A stretch of 64,000 nt of DNA, from NCBI GenBank assembly GCA_010909165.1, contig VJWM01000016.1, forward strand, positions 310,001-374,000, written 5' to 3'. Shown in pieces: positions 25,938 through 39,166 of the stretch. This DNA comes from Anthoceros angustus (taxonomy: Eukaryota > Plantae > Anthocerotophyta). A program made the position numbers and the translations under genes. The stretch's first letter is position 1, and every line of letters starts with the position of its first letter. The notes beneath the pieces were generated by a model that did no database searches, was not told the DNA's origin, and was given only the letters and a program-made list of their open reading frames with translations.

Positions 25938-27084
25938 AATTATGCAACCACACTTCCTCCCTCACAAAATTTTAGAAGACATGGCTAGCGCCATGACAAT
26001 AGCACCAAGCACAACATCTTTGCCTAGTTTCAGCAGTGGAGATGAAATTAGCTCGAGCAAACTTTATAACAGAACGAGGAACTTTATACCGGATTTGAAC
26101 TACATGAATTAGGACACAAACATAATCAAAAGTGGCATGTAGTTGGCTGATGTGGCGGGTTGTAGATTAGTTTAGATAGAATTGATTAGTGAACTAAATT
26201 ATTTGTTAATCCTCCATTACTCGAGTGAACTGAGGTAAAATGATGAACATATTTTTTACTTCTTACTACTTCATTTTTTTCTTTTTATCGAATACCCTTT
26301 ACTTTCTATCTTATTTATTTCCCTCCCCCTTCTCTCCCCTCTCCTCCCGTATCGCTCCACACCTCCGTTTTGTAAACATTCTGCCATGGCTGCCCGAGAC
26401 GAAAGCTCGTTGCAGCGCTCAAGCCCAGCAGCACGGCGTTGCAAGCAACCGCCATTCTCAAGTCACATGAAGAATTGTTAGCATTGTTTGATTCTAAATT
26501 GGCAGAAGAAGAGGCTTCAACATTGATGACAAACAGAGGAAGGATTGTGAGTTCAAAGAAGAGGTGGCTTTTCCTTGTTGACAAATTTGAAAGTTGAAGC
26601 TTCCATGGGAAGAATTTTAAGACGCTTAAGACGAAGTGGGACAATACTCCTTAAACTCCTGTAAGAACTCCTTGATTACAACAATGAGAACAAGGAAACA
26701 CATCTCTAGCAATACTCAAATCAGCATCTTTCTATGTCTTTCTACAGTGTTGTTACACCATATCGCCAGGAACACTCATATCCAATACAGTATCTTGTAA
26801 TGACTAATCCTGTAAAAGAATACCTTCATGACTATGTACCTTCTCTTCTTCCAAAACGTGTGTTTAGGGCTTTGGTTGCATCTCCTAAAGTTGCTATCAC
26901 ACCTCCTGTCTTATAATGTAGGATACAGTATTGCTTTCCATACAACCTATAACCCATAGAAGCTGCTTGCCGGGCAAAGTTCTCTAGGTTAGCAGAAGAA
27001 AGAACACTCTCCTCTTCAATCTGACTATCACGGATCTCACCAAGGTCCATCAATATGCTGTTCAACTTCGAAGCTAGCACTGGA

Positions 27085-27700
27085 ATAGAAGGTAGAACAT
27101 TTGTGGGGATCTCAAACTTTTGGCGTTTGACAACCATCAAAGGCCATCCTTAAGAAAACGCCCACAAGGTCACACAACGCCCACAATAACGAATGCGACA
27201 ATGGAAGGTAGAACATTTGTGGGGATCTCAAACTTTTGGCATTTGACAACCATCAAAGGCGATCCTTAAGAAAACGCCCACAAGTTCACACAATGCCCAC
27301 AATAACGAATGCGACAATAGAAGGTAGAACATTTGTGGGGATCTCAAACTTTTGGCGTTTGACAACCATCAAAGGCCATCCTTAAGAAAACGCCCACAAG
27401 TTCATACAACGCCCACAATAACAAATGCGATATTAACGAATGCCCACAATAACGTTAGTCTTCAAGAACGGATCTCAAACTTCTAGCGTTTCACAACCAT
27501 CAAAGCCATCCTTAGCAAACGCCCACAATAACGAATGCCCACAATAATTGCTTTAAGAACGGATCTCAAACTTATGGCATTTCACAACCATCTAAGCCAT
27601 TCTTAACTGAACGCCCATAAGTTCATAAGACACCTACAATAACGACCTCCTACAATAATTATGGGCGTTCATAGGACACCTACAATAACAAATGCCCACA
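27085..27700. repeat. 116-bp tandem repeat x3, then degenerate sub-repeats
   Basis: GAAGGTAGAAC starts at 27088, 27204 and 27320. ACGCCCACAATAAC words continue to about 27700. Confidence 0.92.
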
Positions 27701-28229
27701 ACAACAACGTCATTAAGGATGGAGTCCGGAATGAAACCTATGAGGTTAAACCTTAAAATGGTATGAAACGGTACAGGTTAAACTATAAGGTTAAAATAAA
27801 ATAGCTTGTCCGAAAATATATGGTTCAATTTTAGTTGTGTGTAGTTGGTAGACGGTTGAGTTCAAGGAAATTGAATGACTTTTCTCATGTGGCTCTAATT
27901 CATGTTCGTAGTTTAATTCGTGTATGTTCGACCAAACCGCCCATGCGGATAGTTCCATTCGTGTTTGTTCCATGCGGATAGTTCCATTGGATAACGATGA
28001 AATTTGTACGCAGCAAAACAACTTCCGACTCCTGAGTCGAAATCCATTCCGCATCAAGCAACAAGAATGTACGGTCACACAAGCTCCGACGATCACCAGC
28101 TCACAACGCCGGATTGGAGCTCCCATGTCGGTATTTCTTCACTGTACGACTCTACTCTACATTGCACCGGTATTCTGTAGACTCAAGAATGTTTATGAAA
28201 GAAATGGTAACATGAGAGGCCGAGCTTAA

Positions 28230-30207
28230 GGTCACAACAGAAATTGTGCTTGCCCAATGGCCGAACATGGATCATTGGAAAGTTCGAGATGAAGGAGTCA
28301 AGCCGGGTTTCATGGAAGAGCGGTGGAATTACATGAACTCGACTGTGCAGAGTGTGCCACACAAGGACAAACCAAAGGGATTTAGAGCGGCAGATTGGGA
28401 TTGGACCGGGTTAGAGGGTGGGGCGCAGAAGGAGGAGGAGGCGGTTTGGTGATGGAGCCCAAAAGAAGAGCAAAGAAGAAGCAGCCGCCCGTTAAAGCGG
28501 CGTCGCGAACCCAACGGGCCGTTGACGAGGATTTGGCAACAGCAGCTTGATGGGTCCGCCAGTGGCTCCTATGTTTCGCAGACAAGAAGTGTGGATTATT
28601 TGTCGACCACTTGCCGCTCCTTCATGAAGTGGTCAAGGCGAAGATCGAGCGACTCTTCGACAAGTTGTGTGAAGAGAGGTTGAACTTGATTTCCTCGCCT
28701 CTCTAATCTAATCTCACCATTTCGGTCCATCTTTATGTTTACGCTAACCGCCGTGAGGTGGAGATTGTAGCCTCCCTCCACATGTGGAAGCCGGTTAGGG
28801 AGGTGAAATGGAAGGCGGAGGAGCCCAAGGAGGAAAAATCGGATAGCCGGAGTCGGTGGCGGCGCCTGGAGGAGGAGAAGGAAATTCCCACCAAAGAAAA
28901 GGAGGAAGACCGGGGTGAAAGGCGGCATCGAAAAAGGTGAGGATGCGCTGGCCACTGTGTCGAAAACGGGCACCAAGGCTACAGAAATGAAAGCCAAACG
29001 CTGGAGGTGGCGAAGAGGAGGCGCGATCCGAGGACAATTTTGACCGGATGCGATGATGAATCAACTCCGGAGGGTTTAGGGTGACCTCGAGGCGGACCCT
29101 CCTCAAGAGAGATTTTCAAGGGGACTCCACCGCAACAGAGGTGGATGCAACCGAATTGGTGAGGGTGCGCACCTTCTGGGAGGAAAGTTCGAGGATGGCC
29201 CCGGGCCGCCACAACAAGTGGACTTGGCAGAGCCGACCACGTCGATGATCCGGGCCCAAGCATTTGTTGGATCAAGCGGCTTTAGCTCTCACCGCCTGTG
29301 CGACGGGAGGAAGTGGTGAAGGCCGGGTTTGAAGAGGAGGCCAAGCGCAAGCAATTGGAGGAAGACAAGCGGAACCTAGAGGAAATAAGGGCCAAGATTC
29401 AAGAAGATTTGTGCAGGCCTGTGAGAAGTTGCAAGCCATGACGAGCGCAGGAAGCACTCATGGCTCAAATTAAGGATGCCCAGACGAACCAGAGATGCAG
29501 GGAGTTGTTGCGAGCCAGAGCAGGAGGCGGCCTCAGTGGAAAAGGCCCATAAGCTAGCGGAGCGGTATAAACGGGAGCGGGATGAGGCACGTGGGAAAAG
29601 ACAAAGGGAAGGGGAAGCGGGTAGCAGGACCACGATCGAGTAGCGGAAGGAACTACCGATCGGAAGGAAGCAGCAACCGAGGTAGCCGAAACCTCACCTA
29701 CCAAGGTTGCTGAACGAACGACGGTCGTGGAGTCCACTACCGCGTAGTCGAAACCACCGACATTGGCGCAACCAACCCGGAAGTGCGGGCGGCGGGTGCG
29801 ACGTGGCGCCTCGCGAGGACATACCAGCAACTGTGTAGCCTACGGGAGGAGGGGTAAGCACCTCCGCAGGGGGGTCCTATTATATTACGGCACATGGATG
29901 AGGAAACTTATGTGCCCGGTCTATATGTGAATGGAGAACGCGTGCTTAACCTCACCGTCCATGTGCGTGTGGAAATAGGAGGGATCGGGGCCTACCTCGC
30001 AAGTGAGGACCCGTGCATACTTCTACCATGCGCCCGGTGTGGGGTTGGCTCCCTATTGCGGAGGCGACTTTGGAGGAGTTGAGCGAGGAGGAGGTCCAGC
30101 TTGGGTGGACGAGGAACCGAATAATCCTCAAGAATAGGCGGCCGGAAGATGCGGAAGCCCAGGCGGTACACCTCAAATTCGGACGTCCAGCGGTGAGGTG
30201 GAAGTAG
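28230..30207 (+). mobile_element. Retrotransposon accessory (env-position) ORF relic
   Basis: Fragmented charged ORFs. The last frame (…LGWTRNRIILKNRRP…VRWK*) stops at 30205-30207, immediately before the LTR. Confidence 0.4.
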
Positions 30208-31314
30208 TGTGGGAGACCTGTCAGGCCAGCGGCGTGGCGGGAGGCTCGTGGCGGCAATGGAGGCGTGAGGGCGGGCGGCCAAGTCGAGGTAGGGGCGCGC
30301 GAGATAGCGTGGCGAGGTGGTAGCAACCTAAAGATAATTTGGTTAGGGTGCTGGACCTAGGATCGCTCCGGTGTGGGCGTCCCTTGATAGCCATCTTAGG
30401 ACCTAAAAATCCGGGCATGGTGCCCGGCCGATGTATAAGAGGGGAATTAGGTCCCTCACGGAGATAACTCTGGTTGAGATCCCCACGACTGTGGCTGGTT
30501 GGAGACGTCCGATTAGCGAGGTGGTCTTGCGAGGCGCTCCTAGGGGTGGTCGAGAGCTTGCTCCGGGGAGGAGGGTGATAAAGCAATCTTGACAGGAGGA
30601 GGAAACCAAGGGATTGGCGCGGGTCCGGAGCTTGCTCGTAACGCCGCGGACGCCTGGGTTTTCTTCCTTCACCTTGTCCCGCTAGTTGTGTTCAAATTGA
30701 GAAGTGTTGAGTGGATGGTTGGAAGCTGCGAATTGAGGAGAGAGAGAGAGAGAGAGAAGATTGGGTGAAGGAGTGACTAAACAGACGCTGGCGAGGTGTG
30801 AGAGGGAGAGAAGGGAACTAATTGAGAGAGCAAAGGAGAATTGTGTGAATCAGAAACCAAACCGGTGGTGGAAGTACAAGGGGAAACAGCCTTGTAAAAT
30901 TGTGTGTGGCGCCTTTGTGTGTGTGTGTGTGTGAGAGCGGTGAGGATTGTGGAATTAGGTCCCTAGGAATCGGTGTGCATGAAGTGTGGAGTGCACCGAT
31001 CGGACGCCGCCTGCGGGAGGTGGGATCCGCGCCGGCCGATAAGTCGCTAGGGTTTGGTGTGGGACCCACCTCGGTGGTGAAGCAACTACCGGTGAGAGAG
31101 CACCGTGCGCGTGGAAGAGAGGCGGTCGGAATAAGAGTCGGTAGGTAGACAGTAGTGAGTAGATAGGTAAGGAGTGGTAGGGTAAGTCGACTTAGGCAAG
31201 GTTGGTAGTGATAGAAGAAGCGCCTCGGCACAAACCATTCCCTTGGGAGCGAATCCTAAGCCTACGACATTGAGGGTGAATGTGGACCTCACGTCCCGGA
31301 CACCACACTCCACA
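30208..31314 (+). mobile_element. LTR (about 1.1 kb)
   Basis: Begins TGTGG and ends CCACA (inverted termini). Contains TATAAGAGG and GA and GT microsatellites. Followed by a PBS. Confidence 0.75.
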
Positions 31315-31317
31315 TTT

Positions 31318-31328
31318 TGGCGCCGTTG
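31318..31328 (+). promoter_or_regulatory. Primer-binding site, tRNA-Asp type (Athila-like)
   Basis: TGGCGCCGTTG three bases after the LTR ...CA; this is the known Athila PBS sequence. Confidence 0.8.
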
Positions 31329-31789
31329 GAATGGAATCGTCAAGGACGAGAAGAACTAACCATAGCTTAAGTAGAGTCTAGAATTACTAGAGTGATAGAT
31401 GGATGCCTCGGGTGGAGACAAGCGATTCTGGATCTGACTGTGGGGAAACGCTTCTGGCAAAGCGGCAACGCCAAGCAGCGGAAAGATTACAGAGAGTTAC
31501 GAGGAGGGCACAGGCGGAGATCACACTTGCTGGACGAGGAAGAGGGGCAGGGAGTCGACTCGGAACTAGGGATCGGATCTTATCGGATTCAGATTTCCAA
31601 CTCTCGACTACAGAAGCGGTACAAGGGGCCAGGTACCCCGATCCCACCTTGTCTTTTGATCTCGCCTATTGCCTAGACCACGTCCACCAAAACTTCGTGA
31701 ATGTAGAGGTCACCCGCACGAGTGGCCGCTGGCCAACTACCGCAGTGCTGAAAGTACTACCACGGTAGTTATGGCGATCTCGGTGCTTG

Positions 31790-34700
31790 TTACTACTAAG
31801 CAATCTTACCCGTTATGGAGAAAAGAAGGGCCATGAGGATCCCGACGAGTTTGTCGAGCGCTTTGAGCTGACGCCACAACCGTGAGGATGCGATCGTGCC
31901 CATGCTTTATGGGGTCTTACGGAGCGGCGCCAAGTGGTACAAGCGGGAGTACATAGCTTCTTCCACACCCCACCTACTTTGGGGCCTTGAAGAGAGCTTT
32001 TGTGAAAGATTCGGAGGTCGATGTGGAAGGATATGTCTCCAAACTCGAGGGATTGCGAGAGGGAAGAAGGAGCGAAGCTTATGTGGAAAGGTTCCACACC
32101 TACGGATCGGGCCGGTCCGCACTGAGCTAATGGCCATTCCCGGTTTGCAAGAGGATTGGGCGGAGATGGGAAGGCACGCATGCCTGTCGAGAAAGATTTG
32201 GATCGGGCGATCAAGGCTGCTCTGAACTATGAGGAGTCCAACGCGGAAGAGAAGAAGAACTCGAACAAGGGCGCGGAAGGACAAAAGAAATACAAAAGAA
32301 GAAGAAGAAGTACTATTCGTCCTCCGATGACAGCTCAGGAGGATAGTTTTCAACCGACTCGGTAGCTCCACGGAAGAGGAGACCACGAGGATTCGGAGGA
32401 GAATTCGTCGAAGGTGAGCGAATCAAGGGATAGAAGGAAGAAGGGAAAAATGACGGAAACAAGACGACGTGCAAAGGGAAGGAGCTATATGCACGAAAGG
32501 ACGCGGAGGTGAGAAGAGAGGTGGAAACAAAGAGCCAAAAAGTGGAGCAACAAGGGAACAAGATGGAGGAAATGATGGTCAAACCGAGAAACTCCATCTT
32601 AATGCCATCAAGGACCATGATAGAAGAAGGGTTGCTCGGAGCGGCGAATCTCTTCGCTCAACTTGTGGATGAGGGCACTCGAGGTCGAATCGCCCACAAA
32701 CAAAAGTGCAACCGGGCTACGAGGAGGAGAGGATGAGGAGATGTGCTTGGAAGATACATACCAAATTCGCCGACTCCTGGCACCAAAAAACTTTGTACTC
32801 GAGTTTGAAACCCCACTGCATGGGCATTCGCAATCGATGGCAAGGAACCCGGGCAAATGATGAGTGCTGGTTACAATTGCCGAGGGTTCGCATCTTGCCG
32901 ATGGATGCCCCTCCGCATCTCGCCAGGAATGGTGATTTTGAAAGGTGTGTGGAGCAAGCAATCAGTCACGTAGCCTCGCCGCATAACAAAAAACAGTGAG
33001 GATCGCTCAACCTCCGATTCTGACCCACCCCCGCACAGAAAGCCTGCCGCAATGCAAGTCGAAGATGCGCTCATGGTCAGATGGAGGATTCCGGCTGTAC
33101 CGAGGAGCCCGGAAGGGTTGGGGATGTGGAGTGGGTATTACGGAACTCCTGCGATGGGCTCGACGGAGCGGCGAGAGGAAGGCGGACACCCTAAGAAGGG
33201 GGAGCGAGGGAAAAAGGAAGAAGAACGGAGGAGCCCATAACGTCCGCAAGTGAGGAGGAAGAGGCGTCTTCATCGGGAAGGAAGAGAAGTCCAACCACAA
33301 AAAACGAGGGACTGTGATGGGAAAAGAAAGGGCATGCGAATCCAAATGGACGGGGAGCAAGGCACGACGCCACACTTAACGCGAGGTTGCGATTTTGGAT
33401 GGCATCACGGTGTAACTCCCTTAGCACGAGACTGGATTCGAGGGTGAAGTGCAAACGAGGGACGGACGGTGGGACTCGAGTCGACACATGGGGCGAAAAC
33501 CCGCAAGAGGAAAAAAGGATGAGTCGGCGTTTCCGCCGATGTGGAAGTTATGGATATGATCCGACAAGAATCGGAACAGACACCATTTTGGCCATCGACC
33601 CGACCCACCTACGCTTTTTCAACGACCGCAACATCAAAGAGCGCGTTGTTGAAACGACGGTGGGGGTTGGCGAGGAGAAACAGAAACACAGTGTTCCTTT
33701 CAATTTGGCGGAAGCTATCATGGACCAAAAGTTCATGATAACATTCGGACAGCTTCTCAGGGACAATCCGCTGCATACCAAAGAACTGGGGCATTGAAGG
33801 CGGCACAACCCAAGAAGAGACGGAACCTTTCCACCCCAAGGCCGAAACCCTTGGTGAATATGGTGGCCATGATGGACTGGGTCTGAGCTCTGAGATAGAA
33901 ATTGCGGGATGTGTAATCAAGAAGGTGCCGCTAGATTCCGGGTCGAGTCAACATCATGACAGAGGAGACCGCCTAAGCTTGGGTTGCAGAACATACATCA
34001 AAGGTGTTGCGGTGGCGGACATGTCCAAAATGGCAGGGGAGTTGACGGAGTCCTAACCCATATTGGTACCATTCCGCACCTCATGGACTACGTGGTCATT
34101 AAACAAAAAGCGCCAGGTATGAGGTTCTCATTGACGAACATGGATGTATGGGGCACGTTGCACCTTCAAATGGGCAAGAAAGGAAGTGGGATTCAAACCT
34201 CGGACTGGGACCCCAAAATTAAGGAGGAAGGATATGTTTGACTTGGAGCGGAGATACGACGCAGGGAGACACCCACAAACGGAGGGATACACCTCAAGAT
34301 ACCTCTGGGGAGGATGAGAAGGAGAAATTCCCATTCGCACATATTTCGTGGTCGATGAAGAGGACGACATGGAGAGATATTCCCATTCCATCAACCTATT
34401 AGGGTGCTATGGAGTCACAATTGACAACCCAAGAAGAGGAGGAGGAGGATCGGACCGAGGCCGGACGAGGTCGAGGAACAGAAGTAGAGGTGGGCCGAGG
34501 AGGAGAGGAGGCGATCCTGGACAAACTTCGGAGGGTGCGAGGAGGGTGTCTCACGTTTACCTCGCATTTACCTATTCCGGAATGGGGAATGCGAAGGAGA
34601 ACCAAGACCGGAGGAAGGGTTCGCATCACATCCGCGTGGAGAGAGTGGGCAGACGGATGAGGTCAAGGATGTGGAAGTGTTGCCCGGAAAGGTCCTTAAG

Positions 34701-37284
34701 TTTTCGAGCAGGATGAATGCGAGACTTGGAAAGGGATGAAACAATGTTGGAATTTATCCACGTTTTGCTTTTGACGTTCTGAGACATGAAGGGTATACCG
34801 AGGAGTGGGGAGCACAAGATTGATCTCGAGCCGGTGCCGGACACCGCAATACAAGCTAAATCCAAAGTATTCTGAAGGTAAAGGAACAATTGGAGCTCTA
34901 CTTGTGCGTCATATATCCTATTGTGACATCGGAGTGGGTAGCCCCAATTGTGGTGGTTCCCAAAAGCGTAAGGGAAGATACGATGCAGATTGGAGGAAGT
35001 TAAACAAGGTGACCAAAAAGACCATTACCCGCTTCCATTCATAGACAACATAATCGGACTTAGTTGGAGAATGGTCTACCTGCTCGGATGGGTATTCGGT
35101 ATAATCACCGATCTCGTGGAGAGTGATTGGCCACAAATTCACTACAGATCGGGAACCTATGCCTACAAACGGAGTGCGTTCGGATTAACAGGGCACCAGA
35201 TCCTTCATGCGACATTGTCAAGATTTTCAAGGAATACCTTAGGGACTTCATGGAGGTCTTCCGATGACTTCTGCGTGTTTGGAGCGAAGATCACCTCAAC
35301 CACCTTCGCAAATGTCCGAACGGTGTCAATGACAATTGTGTCTACATCCCGAGAAATGTTATTTCGCATGCCGAGGGTATTTTGTTGGGGCACCGTGATT
35401 GCGGGGGATAGAGGTCGACCGGATAAGGTCAAAATCATTACCGCCTCAAGCCACCTACCACCGAAGGAGCTTAGGGATTCCTCGGATGGTAGGCTATTAT
35501 CGAAGGTTTGTGAAGAATTTTCCGTGCCCGCTACGTAATCGCTCGCAAGGACCAGAGTGGGAATGGACGCAAAACGAGAGGAGGCCTTCAATGATCTTCG
35601 CACCACCGATCACGCAAGGGGACCGGATCGAGCAAGAAATTCCACGTGTTTGTAGACGTTTTGCCTATGCAATCGGTACCATTCTAAGCCAAAGGGATGA
35701 CAAGAAGCACGATTATCCAATCTATTATGCAGGAGGCACGACGCAGAAAAGAAGTATACCACCACCGAGAGGAGGCGCTAGGATGGTGTACTCGGTTCAA
35801 GTTTCGTCACTATTTGCTATCCCTACGAGTTCGTCTTCCATGTGGACCACTTCGCCTCAAACACCGTAAACAAAACCGACTTGTCCGGACGCATAGCAAG
35901 ATGGATCCTACTCCCGCAAGAATTCACGCTCACGGTGGAGACCAGAGGAGTAAACATGTGAATGCGATTACATTTCGAGGTCGAAGAGGAGGTTACACAG
36001 ACCAAACGACGATTTTCCCGATGAAGCTTTGTTCACGAGTTAGAGGGAAGCACGGCCAAACCATAAGGCGAGGGTAAATGGTGGCTCGGCAGAAATGAGA
36101 AGGAGAACGGATACACAAGGCCCACCCACGAGGAGATGATGGAATTCGAACGGAAAATACCACCGGATCTTTCAAACCCCGGCAAAAGCGCTAGCACTAT
36201 TCGCGTCCGCTTGTACGACGCAAAGACAATCTGTACAAATCGGGACCGGATGGGCGGGCAGTTATGGGTAACAAGGAGCAGTTATCCGAGTCTTGACGAG
36301 ATGCACGAGGGAAGCGGAGGACATTTTGCACATATCACGTGCAAGAAGGTGCTTGAAACGGGTATTGGTGGCAAACCATGCATCGTGATGCTAGGAGTTT
36401 GTTAAACGCTATGCTCGCCGAGGGTTGGGAAACCACCGCAACCACTCAATGGCCAATGGTTCCGATATTGGCCCCGCGCCATTCGAGAAATGGGGAATAG
36501 ATTTGTTGGTCCCATACCAAAACGAAGACGCGACAAAACCAATACATCCTCGTGGCCACGACTATTGCACGCGTATGGTGGAAGCCCAAGCACTACCGGT
36601 AGACACAGCCCATGTAGTGGCCAGGTTCCTCTATGAACATATTATCACTGACATTGTCCCTTGGAGCTTGTCACGATGAGGGTCACATTTCGTCAACGGT
36701 TATATCTCATATGACGATCTACTTCAACGTCGCCACGAAAACGACTCCTTATAATCCCAAGGCAAATGGCTTAACGGAAAAGGCGAATGGGCTCTTGTGC
36801 GATCCTCAACAAGCTAACGGTGGAATACGCGATCGGATCTTAAGCTTCACCCGCGCCCGGGCATGGATCGCAGAAAATAACAACGCAACAAACACCGTAC
36901 TACCTCACCGGCCATTCTCCCAGAATGCCTATTGAGTTTGAAATTCACCGCGATCTGTGAAACTAACCGCATGGCGAGAGGAAAGTCATGGGCCCGCTTC
37001 GCTAAACACAGAGGATAGGAAGTGCTGAGTGGTGCGTGATATTCAAAGCGAAAATATGGCATGACAATCGGTTGCGGAAGCAAGAGTGGGTAGTTCCCGG
37101 TGACTTGGCCCTGCTGTACGACAATAGGTACATGCACTTCCCCGGCAAGCTCCACCTTCGATGGATGGGGCCATATAGAGTTCTCGAAGTCTTTACCAAT
37201 GGATCCGTATAACTGCAAGAACTAGATGGCCCTCCACTACCAACCCGAGTCAATGGGTGGAGGATCAAGAAGTATTATACCTAA
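31790..37284 (+). mobile_element. Ty3/gypsy (Athila-like, non-chromovirus) gag-pol, many frameshifts
   Basis: gag (EDPDEFVERFEL..AKWY), protease (LDSGSS about 33935), RT (EWVAPIVVVPK, KDHYPLPFID, GTYAYKR..FGL), RNase H (YAIGTILSQ..PIYYA), integrase (PFEKWGID, TTPYNPKANG), and GKLHLRWMGPY...VNGWRIKKYYT* ending at 37284. Confidence 0.93.
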
Positions 37285-37304
37285 GTTGGCGAGGGCACCA
37301 ACAA

Positions 37305-37487
37305 ATGAGAAGGGGAGTATGTAAACGATCTGGACTTGGAAACCCCTGTTGGGACGTGCCTGGAAGTAGTCCTCTAGTATCCGGCAAATGCCTTGGCCGC
37401 TGTAATGTAGACTAGGACAATCCTATGTGCCCTAGGGCAGGGAGTAGGGATGCGCTACTACCTAGTGTATGTGACGGAAGTTCTACA
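37305..37487 (+). mobile_element. Polypurine tract and candidate short or truncated 3' LTR
   Basis: ATGAGAAGGGGAG followed by TGTAAACG (37320) ... TTCTACA (37487). It does not match LTR 30208-31314. Confidence 0.55.
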
Positions 37488-37589
37488 ACGCGCAGAGGAG
37501 AAATCCATCTTCATCCGCTGAATGTGCAAGCAATTCCTCTGGATGGATGGGTGGACAAATCGTCGGTGGGTGGAAGTGAAATCTCACAG

Positions 37590-38462
37590 CTAGGAGCGGA
37601 GTGTGGAGACGACTTTTCGAGAAGAGGAGAACGCTAACACCGCCAGAATGAGAAACGTGACGAAGGCCATAGCCGAAACCGTTTCCGCTTTGGAGCACAG
37701 TGAACTGATGGAGAAGTCGTCGCAGACTCTGTTGTCATTGACTCCGTCGCCATTTCTGTATACCACTATCAGGGTGGCCGTGGAGGCGCCAGCGGCGAAG
37801 ACGAGGTAGGCCAGTATCTGCGTACCAGGAGCGAGAGCGAGGTCAGACAATCGCACTTGTTCCAATCCCGGCCCGCAAGGTGGAACGCAGCCTCTGAGGC
37901 GTCCCACCTGGTCGACGACGAAGGTGAGCAAGGAGCCGGCGTAACGGGCTGTGGCGTTGTACGCCATAATGATGAGAAAGATCTGCACCAGCTCGTACAC
38001 CCCGACGATGACGACGGCGGCGAGGAGGAATCTGGCAGTGCGTGGGGCAAAGCAACCAAACCAAACAGCTCAGGCGGTGGCATTTGCAGACAGTCGGGAA
38101 CCCAGACAAAGACGAGACCAAACGGAAGGAAACGAAACGAGAAGAGAAAGCTTGGTTGGGAAGAGTAGTCCAGACAGGTGCACTGCTCTTGCTCACTTGA
38201 AGGGCGCAAGGTGGAGCGCAACGAAAGAGAGCGAGAAGGCCTCCCCGTTGGAGTCGAGGTATGTCACCGTTTGCTTGGCTGCACCGCTTACGCCCGCGCA
38301 GACGAGGGCCACCATCGCGGCGATGGCCCTCAACGCCATGTCCAGCGGGCCTGCCCCACCCTGAGGCTGTCCGCCTCCGACTCCATACCCCGCGCCGCCG
38401 GCATACGCTGGTGCCGCGCCGCCACCCAGCGGAGCCCCCGTCCCGATTCCCATCCTCCGCAC
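37590..38462 (-). CDS. CASP-like (CASPL/MARVEL-type 4-TM) protein, 3 exons, about 205 aa
   Basis: Exons 38462-38197, 38031-37908 and 37817-37590 with GT-AG introns. Contains LRAIAAMVALV, FKFLLAAVVIVGVYELVQ, DQ|ILAYLV and CDDFSISSLCSK. Confidence 0.88.
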
Positions 38463-39166
38463 CTGATGCCGCTCAACTCGCGGCTACCCCTCGGGCCCTT
38501 CCCGCTTCCCTCGCCTTCCTTCCCTACCGCGGCTTGCTGCAAACCAGGGCCCTGCGAGAGAGGAGGAAGAGACCGGGCGGAGCGGAGGTCGATGCGGGCG
38601 AGGACTCGGTGACAATGCCTTGTACCTCTGGCACTCAAGAGTATAGGGGCTCTGCACCGGAAGCTCCTCCGCACCTTCCTCATACCGCTGTTGCATTGCC
38701 CAAAGAACTTCTCAGCACTAGCAGCCGGAATGCGGGCTGACAACACGCGCAACGTTTGTTTAACGTTTCCGCGGCCGCCGTCGCCTCCTCCAATCACAGG
38801 ATGGGATGACGGTATTGAGGAGGACTTCTGGATTAGAACGTGCCGGCAGCCCTGCCCGTCCGCGCGCCGCTGTTCATTCATCCCACAAGGTGCTGATGCT
38901 ACTATGCGATTTGCGGCACCGCTTTTTCTTGTTGATCAGGTCACATGCCTGCAAATACCGACAGCCGGGACTCGAGTTACTTGCACTGCGATTAGCTGTT
39001 AACGAGTAGGGCAGCGTTACAACAATGTTAGAGACTTAGTCCAGTGCCTTCACGTGAGCTTTAAGACGCTAGTGATTATAGTTGATTCAGGGATTCGAAC
39101 CGCGGTGACCACGTTCCTGACGTTCCAGACTGACCAGACTTCCAGGGTACAGGTGCTGAGAGTTAT

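Noticed and set aside
30777-30790. CTAAACAGACGCTG identical to the 3' end of the HINE-like element
   Set aside because: A 14-mer match is expected by chance in 64 kb, and no adjacent subTIR is present.
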